Of a stretch of DNA of 64,000 nt, positions 15,001 through 25,098 are shown piece by piece. The translations under genes were made by a program, and so were the position numbers. Every line of letters begins with the position of its first letter. Position 1 is the first letter of the stretch. Source of the stretch: Tubulanus polymorphus (Eukaryota; Animalia; Nemertea). The notes below the pieces were generated by a model. The model did not search any database. It was not told where the DNA came from and worked only from the letters and a program-made list of their open reading frames with translations. Location of the stretch: assembly GCF_964204645.1 (NCBI RefSeq), contig NC_134030.1:6118778-6182777 (forward strand). Direction: 5' to 3'.

Positions 15001-18000
15001 GCTTTGATAATCAAGAAAAGTAAGAATATGGGAATACGTATACATTCCATCGCCACAGCAACAGCAGCAGTTGCTTTACGGAGACTGATGAACAAACACA
15101 GCGTCAAAGTTGGACAGAGTTTTAATCTGAAGACCAACAATCCAGTTTCACTAAGGAATGTCCCTCACAAGAGAATCAAAAATGATTCGATTGGATGCAT
15201 GATTCTCCTAGGACTAAATATTAGTGCATCTATACCACTAAATCCTACAGAATCAGATTTCTGGAAATTAGCATCACAGTTTCAAACGAAACTTCAAAAT
15301 GCTATAAATGACGGGGGCCACCTTAGAACGAAAAAACAGATGGATTTATGTAATGTTCTCAGTAAAGAGGCATCAATAGCGGCTCATCAACCTCGAGAAG
15401 ATTGGCAACGTTCAACGGATATAGTCATTTCTAACAGAGGCTCACATGAAGTCGTGCCTAAAAGTTCCGAAGGCAAAAACATAAAATTCCTGAAAACATT
15501 TTACGGAATAGGAACCTGCTACCACGACTACTATTGTTTGATGAGTATGTTTTTGTGTACGATTGATGGCAGACTTTCGTGGACGTTGCAATACCGTTCT
15601 CAACTGATGGCAGAAGATGTAGCAGCTGATTATTGTACAATGATCAAATCAGTAATCGCTGAATATTGTCATCAAAGTTAAATCTAGCACTACTATAATT
15701 ACAATTGCTGCCTGGCTATTCCTCGGCTTTGTTACCTGGCTGCATATGATGAAACTCCAGACTTATAAAGAAAGATTAAGTCGAAACGCTAAGATACATT
15801 GAATTTCATTTTTATCGTGGGATTTATTAGTTGGTAGTTGGTAATTTAGTATTATTAAAGATTTTTAATTTAGATAGTAAGAGGATATTAGATAAAAATT
15901 CTGAAAAGAGATAAAAGATATCTAATTTATATAGTAATATTTAACTAATAACATAATGTATTATAGTTCATATTTCTGATAATGAAATGTATGATTAGTC
16001 ACTTATTTGCAAGTTACTTATCATAATTATTACTTATAATTCATAACTAAACAATTAGCTTATATTATCTGTAAACTGTTTTAATTCTACTCTGATGCAC
16101 GGACGAATAAATACTGATCTGACAACTGTATGTTATTTGAATTTGTCTATTTCTTTAAAGGAGCTAGTTCCCCTCGCTCTGCAGCAAGCAACGGCAAACG
16201 AACACCCCGCACGACACATACCTTGCCGATAGTAGTAGATATTGTCCATACACAATATTTATCAGGTGGATATAAACCATTTAATGGGAATCGCACAGTT
16301 CCACTATTACCAGTCAAAGTACCACCACACGCTACAAATATATGATATTCACTCACATCATGCTCGCGTTTATAACCATTAAGATTATTGCTAATGACCG
16401 GCAATTTCAGCTTAGTTTAGTTTATTTCGCTCAGCAAAAAGACATTTGCTTAGAGCATAGAAAAATATTACAATACATCCGTAAATACATAAATATGTGT
16501 AGGATAGACAATAATATCACTTACATAAACATATATAGACATGGCTACAAGTTATACTATAAATTCAATTCACTTTTCCCATTTGCCCTTTCGGCACTAC
16601 TAGTACAATGAAAGTGTGAAGCTTACTTAAGTAGTAGGCTCGCCTTTTTAAATGAAGCAAATTCATCAATTCATATTAAAAATGTTACACGGAAGATTAT
16701 CGAGTCATTCCAAAAAATAATTTCATGCAATATACCATACTTACATTGTTGTTCTTCTTCGCAGAAGCGTCCGATGTAGTTGTCACGGCACGTGCATAGG
16801 AACGAAGATGAATCTAACGACAGACATGTTCCACCGTTCTGACACGGGTGGCTGTCACACAACAAAACACGCGTTTCACAGCGGTCTCCGGTGAAATGAG
16901 GTTTACATCGACAATAGTAACTAGCTCCGTTGTGCTGTTAAGAAATGAATATCAACACATTGTTTACAGGAAGATCTCGATTATTTTTACTTTGACTACA
17001 CTACACCACCATGGGATTGGACATCTTGTCTCATTTGGCGTGAACGAATGTCTCTATACCTTTGTTTACGTTTTTAATTCACAAATAGCTGCACTTACGA
17101 TACAAGATCCTTGGTTAAGACAAGGACTTATGTTACACTGATTGCTCGGAGCCTGGGTCACACTACCGCCAGTAGATCCACCATCGTGAGGTAAACAACC
17201 GAGCTGGCCTTCGCCATTCCCCACATAACCTGTAGGACACTGACATGATCGTCCAGAAATTCCTGCAAAATCGAATAAACAATGACGGCATTTGCTCAGG
17301 TCCATATTTACTGTTCATGATGACTTAGATAAATCGTTAACTTTGACTTAGAAACCTCCATCAATTATTCTCAACCCTGGAGTCTTATCTTCCGGATAAT
17401 AACACTTTTACTGTACCTGGAGCTTCTCTGCAGGTCGCTCTGGGATGACAACCTCCATTGTTCGTGCGACAAACTCCTTGCCAGATACAACTCTTTCCAT
17501 TACCGCTGAAACCTGCAATTTGTCATCACAACTATTCAACATAAGCTCATACTCTATCAAACTGAGGGATTGAAACTGAAGATAGAGCATCACACATACC
17601 AGGTGGACAATCTCCACATCTGAAAGATCCTATAGTGTTAATACACTCCACTCGGGGCGCTAGCGAGCAACCTCCGTTCATGTTTTCGCATTCGTTGATA
17701 TCGTAACAATGTACTCCGTTACCAGTGTAACCTGTTTTAACGTAGAACATAGCAGATAATAAATAAAACACATTCTCACGATTGTTTAAAGTGCAAATGT
17801 TCGGAGTGCGAACCTGGAGGGCAAGCTGCACAGTGATACGATCCAGGTAAGTTAATGCATTGAACTCGTGGATTCTGCGAACAAGGCGGATGATTAGAGG
17901 AACATTCGTCAACATCTTCAGTACAAGCAGGGCTTCCACTCCTGGTCGTCCATCCAACTTCGCATAAACATTTATATTTTGCCTGAAAGCAACGCCAAAA

Positions 18001-21000
18001 ATTCATTAAGAGTTTGTACATCCTTTTTACGGTAGTTTAGATCAGGGGTTCTGCACTAGCTATTTTTTACCTGTCCTTTGACAATTCGTTTTAGGTTGAT
18101 GCAAGTTCCGTGACCGCACATTTCTGCGTTCGATGATGATGTACAGTCATCATGGGCGGACGTACAGTGAACGCCGAACCAATTAGACGTGCAATCGCAT
18201 CGATACGATCCTGGTAAATTCCTACAGGTGGCGCCATTCTGACAGCCGAGATCGGTGTTTGCGAATCGACCGCATTCGTTGACATCTTGTTCACAATTCT
18301 TTCCCTGAATAAAAGGACAAATTATGGTAAACATTGTGTAAATTGAGACCGGCAAAAAAAGTTACTTACTGAAACAAATTCAACGAAGGAAATAAGAATT
18401 AATATTGAACCTTGCATAAAGGATGTCTTAGTTAATCATATCGGATTGCCTTCAAGGGAGAAAACTAATTTACTGTCGACAGGCAACTGTCGATCATTTG
18501 ACAAATTTTGAACTGTTTATCTATGTCCGAGTAATTTTTCTCTTTTCTTTGGAAATGATAACAATTCGCCCGACTTAGAGAATGGAATCCACTTCATTTT
18601 AGGCATTTTGGGATGAAATATTTGTCAATCCAAAATCAGGAAAATGAATAGAAACTTACGGTCGAGATTCCTTCCTAGCCAATTTTCCGACTTACAGCGA
18701 GTTCTACTGTACATGTTTATTTTTTGAGTAAAATAGATGGAAAATCAAGAGAGTGGAGTTTTATTTACCTCCCAGTTCGGCAGACATTGGCAGACATAAC
18801 CGTTGTAAGAATCGATACACGAACCTCCGTGTTGACACGGCGAACTATTGCATTCATTCTGATTCAACAATGTCCATAATCGAGTCACCTTAGTCTCCAA
18901 CGCATTTATCTAAAATTCGAAAAAATGAATGGCAGTGACCAATACAGATCCAGAAAAAATCACCAACGGATAGAGCATTTTTCACCATGAACCCAAAAAT
19001 TGAAACATGTCATATACATTTAAGCCAATCATATATCGATAACCTTGTATTAAGAAGAGTCTTAGAATAACATAGTACATAGTGCAAATAATAGATGAAG
19101 TGTTATTATCGCCATAATTGTCGAATACAATGTATTTAGGTGTATTGCAATTGTGCAATCAAATTTGCGTGAATGTCAAAAAGAAATTGGGTAAGTAAAA
19201 GTAGTAAAAGTGTAGATTATTTCAATATTTGATTCATCATGATTTACTACATCGATTATAGACTTACCTCTGAAATTCCTTGATTGTTTTACTTTTCAAA
19301 CACTAGATAAATGCTTTAGATGGTCATGCATATTGTCGATATATTATAAACATATGTATTAAAACTCATGCGGTAGATTATATTTGAGAACTATGATGAT
19401 ATACCCTAGATTTCAGCACTCTTATTTTACCACCACCACCAGTAGCGGGTGCAGAAGTTGAGGACACCTGGAAGCAGTATACGGCAAAAATATTTCACAC
19501 TGATTAGAACAAAAAATAATAATAATGCTACATGCCTAGAAAAGTGAAAGAAAACCACAGAAACCTAAAGCAAAGAATTGAATGCGACACAGACAATGAT
19601 TACATGAATTCATCAAACTAGTTGCTCATTTTTAATGGATGGTTGAGGTATTTTCCTCTTTAACCATCCAGTAGGTGTTCGTCATATGCTGGTTTTTTAG
19701 AGGAGCTCCATTCATTCCATATTAGAAAAACATTGTCGAAGCCGGATTTGATCAAAACATTGGAAATAAAGCTTATTTTCAGAACGATCTGCAGCCATTA
19801 CATTAACTTGCTACTGGGAAAAAGCAACAGTCAATATTGATAGAACAGAGACAACAATTCATTAACAGGGATGGCTGAGTAGAGGTAATTGATTTCCAAC
19901 AGGGGTGGATATAAAAACCACTTGCAGAGAACACTGCCCCCTATGTATCAAAGCTTTGACGCTTTCACAGACAGGGGGCAATCTATCAATCAATCTATTA
20001 TCTGCAACTTTGAATATTCAGAGCAACAAGTTTCCGGATAAACTAAAAGTCAACTATCGATGCCGCATAAGAAATAATAACTTACTGCGTTATATTGAAA
20101 TCCTATATGAGCATGAAGATATACACACATACATATATATGTATATATTGTATGTAAATGTTGTTAGGTCAAGATTGATATATGATGAAATTATTGTCAT
20201 TAAATAATTCAGCAAGAAGTTTAACTTATTATGTATAATAGGATGATGATACCTTGTCACTGAGATTATCAGTATTTTCTATTGCAGTCAACTAGACAGA
20301 ACAAGTTCAACAAGAAGCTTTAATGAATTATATTTGATTGGCCTTTACTACGGGAGCAATTATCGCGTAAAATTGCGTACGCTACTGAAAACAGATCATT
20401 TATCGATTCATTTCAAAAGCGGAGTTGGTATTTTTCGAAGAAGGTAGACCTGAAAATTTGAATGGGTACTTATTTCGAAAAGGGCAGATTTGGCAATGTG
20501 AGGGTTGCATCAAAGAATTAAATATGAACTTGAACTTGACCTAGCGAGCAAAAATTGGCGTGGCTTCTAGTAGCCCTCCCATGGAGAGTTTAAGACTAAA
20601 GGGGCTTTTCTGGCCCTCATTACAACCCATTTGGATTTATTCTTTGTCCTTTCAAAATTTTCTTTGCAAAAAAAGTTTCCAGACTTTTTGGAGAGCGCAC
20701 ATTTTTTTAATTTGAAGGGATTGGGAACAGTCCACTCGGCCCCCGCCCTTGCAATTAACAGTATCAGTATATAATGTGTATTTGCTGAAAATGTTTACCT
20801 GGTCTTGAAGAGTTTTGATTTGCGATTTGAGATGTGCTAATTGACTAACGATCTCGTCATTAGGTGGTGGAGTTATTCGTGCCTGTTGTTCCAGCTGCGT
20901 GAGACGACTTTCAAATGATGATTGCTGCAAGTACATTTTTAACAAGACAAACATGTAGTCATTAGAGTACATGATTTCGCCGGTGATTGCGCTTGATTGG

Positions 21001-23881
21001 AAATTAACTTGATCACAAAATGAGTCGACTTACAGCAGTTTTAGTTTCCGAAAGTGTTTTATTGAAGCCTTGTACCTGAAATAGATGATCAATGTCAACT
21101 TTAATTCTTCAATATTATGCTCAGTTAGGTACGCTTAACCATTGGTGACACATGTCCATGTGAAAATATATATATAGAGATAAATAGAGAATCCAGCACA
21201 AATGTAATGAGAAAGATGAAGTCCAATAAGTTTCCTTTGAGCTCATGATTTATAGATTCGACTATAACCTAATAGCAAAAATACATTTGCTACTAGTCAG
21301 AAAAATACATTTGATAACATTCATCTTCGGGAATGAATTGAATACAGTCGAAACTTTTCGGACTTCATCTTCCTCATTATAATTAGTGTGGAATTCTCTG
21401 TACAACACGTTCAGCGTTATAGCACAGATATTTAGAAGAAAGTCACTGGCATCTTAGAAGTAGAACGTTGGCAGAATCAAAAAATTAAGGAACCGAAAGT
21501 GTTTCATCACTACGTCATATTAGTATTATTAAGACGACATAATTTTATTGCGATGTTTACTTGGCAATAACTCATATAGTACTTTGTCATATCCCGCTAG
21601 CTCTGAGCCCATTAAAACCATCTTGAATTCTACGAAATTGTTATCATCCGCTACATTAAAGTAGCTCTCTATACTGCCGCAATAACAATTGACCATTAAA
21701 TAACTGTGTATTCAAGTACTATATACAACAGAAAACTGAAGAGAACTATGACAGCTTTAACGGTACTTTCTTATATAGTCTGCATTCCACGCGAAGTCCT
21801 CTGCAGTTAGTTTGTCAAAGGGAATTTCGCATGCAAAACCCCAAGGTTACTTTCAATACTAAATGTATATTACAAAGAATGGGATTTATGTTTATGTTTT
21901 TCCCACACATATCATTTGAATACTTAACATTTTATATAAATCTTGATTAAAATCGATAACAACTGGGTACGACACTCCAAACTCACACTGAAATAAAACC
22001 TGATTATAAGAGAGTTAGAGAGTCTGTTGATTTCGCTAATCAAAATCTGTAAGCAGTTTCAGTTTAGACTAATTAGTTGTTTGGCCAGTTTATAATCAGT
22101 TTATAATCGGACTTGTAACTGATACTGCCATTCCCTAAATCGCACCACTTCAGCGAGAAATCTAATCTCGCAGAAACAACCAGACCTCTTTATACAACAA
22201 GGGGCTTTGTAATTTTCTACAGAAAACTAAGTATTTACATGGCACTCATATTACAAAACCCTCTTACATAACCGCACATTCAAAATTACCGCATATAGAA
22301 TTATATTTCTTAATATGATATGTCCTTTGTGAAACAATTTCTTACTGAGCTTTGTCTTTCTACACCACATATATACAGGAAAATTCAATAGTTACTGTAT
22401 TTGAAAAAAAGTTAACATAACTTTGTGACGACGGCAGCCAAGGAAAATACCGGTATGCCTGCAAGCTCGCGCATTCTAAATCGGTAAAAACATGTACATC
22501 TATGCTATCACAAACACGGAAAAGGAGAAGGAGCGTCCTGCTTATTAGAGAACCAGAACAGATGTTAATTGCGATAAAGATTGAAATCTGAATTGCTGCA
22601 AGTGACCCGAGTGATTTTCTACTGCATATATACAGCATGCCTTATAGTGGTGTATAATACTACTATCAGATTATTGTTTTCCATACAATAGACACTCACC
22701 AGTATGGAATCAACATACATTCACTACTTTATTCAAAGATAACCGAACATTCTTTATACACTAACAGTTCAATAATTAGCCCAGAACTTACGACTACTGA
22801 TATTGATAAACATCTGATATGAATGTACCAACCGGCATCAATTTTTAAACTTATCCAGACATCTGTATATATTAGTTGTCTGGAAGCAAAACGATTTTAA
22901 AGATGAAGAAAATCTTTCATGAATCACGCTAAGATCATGGTCAATTGTAGAATTTAAGCAGGGGTTCAAGTAAAAAATTTAGCATGAATACAATAGGACT
23001 TACACTTGGTTTCGAAGTAATAATAAAGAAAATCCGAAATAGCAAATTTAGACTAACCTTTATTTTTTGCACAGGGCAAAAATTCATGAAAAATTGTTGA
23101 TTTTTTTATATTTAGTCTAATCTGATGTAATAATTAACTGAAATTAATATAATTTGAATGCGGGTACTAATCCCCTAGGCTAGAAAGAAGACGATGCATC
23201 AAAAATTATTTGTAATGATTTGTTCTTTATAACTACAATTGATTATACTTACAACTGAGATGACATCGTTTAGACTGGTATCATCGATTTTAACTAAACC
23301 TCCTGGTGCTGTTTTGAACACAATGTTGCGATTAGGAACAGTTTGGAATATCACATTTCCATTGCTAGTAACTATCCTTGGTCTGGATGTCAATAAAAAC
23401 AAGAAGTACATTAAGAACTGAATACATGGTTTAACTAAAATATTTGACACTACAAAATTCACTAATTAAATTAAATTAAAGAATTATATCAAGTTACAGT
23501 AACACGCACAGTAAAAGAATTAATTTTTGTTATTTGGAATTTGAAGACATAACAGGTTGTTTTTTATTTCTCAAACTACTGAAAAGAAACAGAATAAATG
23601 AAAGCGCTACAAAACATTGATTTTTTTTCTCATTGTATTCGGTTTATTAGACAAGAACGCAGTGGAAGCGCGAAAATATCAATCCATTCAAAATTAAATG
23701 CGCGCAAATCACGCACACCCCCAGTTTCTGATTTCACTTACGTTTCTGGATCCAGCGATTTTTTCTCACGTGAATTCCTGCGTTGTGCAAAACCCTGATA
23801 ATCAGTGACAATGCACGATAAAACTAACAACACTATTGAAATATGATTGCGAAGGTACGTATACGTCCATCTCCTAGCCAT
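83..23881 (-). CDS. CUBN: Cubilin (multi-exon; 5' part only, gene continues beyond the left edge)
   Basis: ATG at 23881 gives [47 protein letters not shown] (signal peptide plus basic site). The next exon, [34 protein letters not shown], resembles the cubilin N-terminus. Coiled-coil exons (~21076-19388) are followed by 8 EGF repeats (~18910-16746, e.g. [34 protein letters not shown]) and about 16-17 tandem CUB domains (CGG...SPxYP...CxWxI...DYxEVRDG...YCG...FxSD...GF) in GT-AG exons down to 83. Confidence 0.93.
334..603. mobile_element. MITE, CAGGGTGGCC-TIR family, subfamily A
   Basis: Terminal CAGGGTGGCCAC...GTGGCGTCACCCTG with subterminal TTCCCTGA repeats. Internal sequence is shared with the copies at 9385, 51715 and 57576. 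Confidence 0.8.
1417..1462 (+). ncRNA. Decayed type I minimal hammerhead-ribozyme-like motif (second family)
   Basis: TTTCT-CCGATGA-T-GAGGTTT(AGTCA)AAACTTC-GAAA-TTGTC-AGAAA. Stems I and II pair and the core carries a U4>C change. A truncated inverted copy lies at ~1368-1413. Confidence 0.5.
7506..7838. mobile_element. Inverted pair of Penelope-like element terminal fragments, each with a minimal hammerhead-ribozyme-like motif
   Basis: Arms 7506-7630 and 7673-7797 are near-perfect inverted repeats. The arm consensus is ACAC-CTGACGA-T-GATC..GATC-GAAACGTC-GTGT. A third copy is at 13347. Confidence 0.65.
8425..8694. mobile_element. MITE, CAGGGTGGCC-TIR family, subfamily B
   Basis: CAGGGTGGCC...GGCCACCCTG flanked by TA/TA. 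Internal sequence is shared with the copies at 11643 and 49662. Confidence 0.8.
9385..9590. mobile_element. MITE, CAGGGTGGCC family, subfamily A
   Basis: TIRs plus the CTGACTTGATCT..TTAACACAGTCAAATA core. Confidence 0.75.
11643..11858. mobile_element. MITE, CAGGGTGGCC family, subfamily B
   Basis: Degenerate left TIR, GGCCACCCTG right end and the shared AGCATTATCCAAATTT core. Confidence 0.7.
13347..13507 (+). mobile_element. Copy of the same Penelope-like terminal repeat (hammerhead partly deleted)
   Basis: Nearly identical to 7673-7838 (ATTTTAGATTGTATCAATAAATAAATTCTCGATTTTAGAATTC...TTCACCACGTTTGAGTGTGGTT). Confidence 0.7.
14031..15681 (+). CDS. Nested antisense gene: membrane-anchored CoA-dependent acyltransferase (condensation-domain / alcohol acetyltransferase / PapA5-like), ~517 aa, 2 coding exons (14031-14166, 14264-15681)
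   Basis: Exon 1 encodes [28 protein letters not shown] (hydrophobic anchor). The GTGAGT...CACAG intron at 14167-14263 joins it in frame to the long ORF. Motifs RKLGKQE, RHPMLR, PLWRV, catalytic FFHSIIDG (HxxxDG), NPVSLR and ISNRG are present. It lies inside cubilin intron 13288-16221. Confidence 0.85.
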
Positions 23882-24638
23882 GTTTTAGCTACACTAGGAT
23901 TTCCCCCAGCGTCTTAATCGGGTCATTAGTTTGAGCCATTATTCTAGAGGGGTTACAAGTTACGCGCCCTTTAATGAAACAAGTAGAAAAAGTAATTGTG
24001 CCTTGAATTCAGACTCTAGTGCCCTAAACAACAAAGACAAAGGCTATATACAACATTTTGAATTCTTTTAAATTCTTATTTTGATGGAGAATGATTGTGG
24101 TTGGAATGACGTATTACTCTCTGAGGAATAGACTGGTCCCGTTGGTACAGAGCAGTACGACTCGACTGTGTGGACCTTTCTTTAGACGTGACCTTCTTTC
24201 AGTGACAATGCAAGTTGCTGTCGCGTTTATTCCATGTCTTCGCAGTGCGCTCAAGTCCTCTCAACACAAAATTGGACTGAGAGGGTTACACTTGACACTG
24301 ATAACAAAATGTGAACAATAAATTTTTTAGACTATTCAAACCGGGTAGAATCTTTTCGATATTTTAGCCTTTAGTTAGCAACTGATACAAATATGAAAAA
24401 GGCCCACAATCAAATTTCATGAGGACATTCATCGGAACTATAATGAAAATAAATATTTATAAAAATCCCACCAAGAACCTTGGCAGCGTCTGGGATAACA
24501 ACACAAGATCGTAGAGCGACGGGGTGAAATAAAAATAGGTATAACCAAAATTTCATTGAGTTTTTGGTATAACCGATCCAGTTGATTTAAATAAGGACGA
24601 AACCGATCCAGTTGAGATGGATATAATGGATATAATGC

Positions 24639-24644
24639 AAAAAA
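24639..24644 (-). terminator. Pol III oligo-T terminator of tRNA-Val
   Basis: T6 on the minus strand, 3 nt after the tRNA 3' end. Confidence 0.8.
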
Positions 24645-24647
24645 GTG

Positions 24648-24720
24648 AGGTTTCAGCGGGGCTCGAACCCGCGACCTTCTGCGTGTAAAGCAGACGTGAT
24701 AACCACTACACTATGAAACC
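24648..24720 (-). tRNA. tRNA-Val (anticodon TAC)
   Basis: Reverse complement reads GGTTTCA TA GTG TAGTGGTTAT CAC G TCTGC TTTACAC GCAGA AGGTC GCGGG TTCGAGC CCCGC TGAAACC T. All four stems pair and the A/B boxes are intact. Confidence 0.97.
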
Positions 24721-25014
24721 GCGCTGGAATAATCAGTAGAAACAAAATACTATATTGTTCAATTCAACCCAGAAAGACCGGCGATAACGTTGGGCTTTAT
24801 CTTGTCACTTTAGAGTAGAGTCAATTATAACAATTCGTTGATATATTTATCATCTCAAAAGTGTTTTATGTGTGTTTAATGTTACAAATCATGTCACGAT
24901 AATTGGTTAGAAGAAAATATAGTGTTCGTACGTACGGTGCTGACGTCTAGCGACCGTGGACACTTCAAGGAATTCCCTTCTAAGGAAGGGATTTTCCGAG
25001 AAATGATAACGAGG

Positions 25015-25026
25015 CCAAAAATTCAT
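25015..25026 (+). promoter_or_regulatory. YY1-type motif (AAAATGGCGGCG) in the USF3 promoter/5' UTR
   Basis: Consensus match about 80 bp upstream of the USF3 ATG, a typical position for housekeeping promoters. Confidence 0.5.
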
Positions 25027-25098
25027 TTACTGCCAAAATGGCGGCGAAGAAACACTGGGACAGGTCTTCTTTATGTTTGTTTACGCTGATTTAGAGCT

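Noticed and set aside
19560-20210. Coding-looking intronic stretch and the 100-aa ORF at 19905
   Set aside because: Stops in the plausible frames and no motif; it partly overlaps a dispersed repeat.
21400-22640. Possible second nested gene or pseudogene in a large cubilin 5' intron (e.g. [25 protein letters not shown])
   Set aside because: Frames are interrupted by stops and I recognise no family; a tblastx search would be needed.
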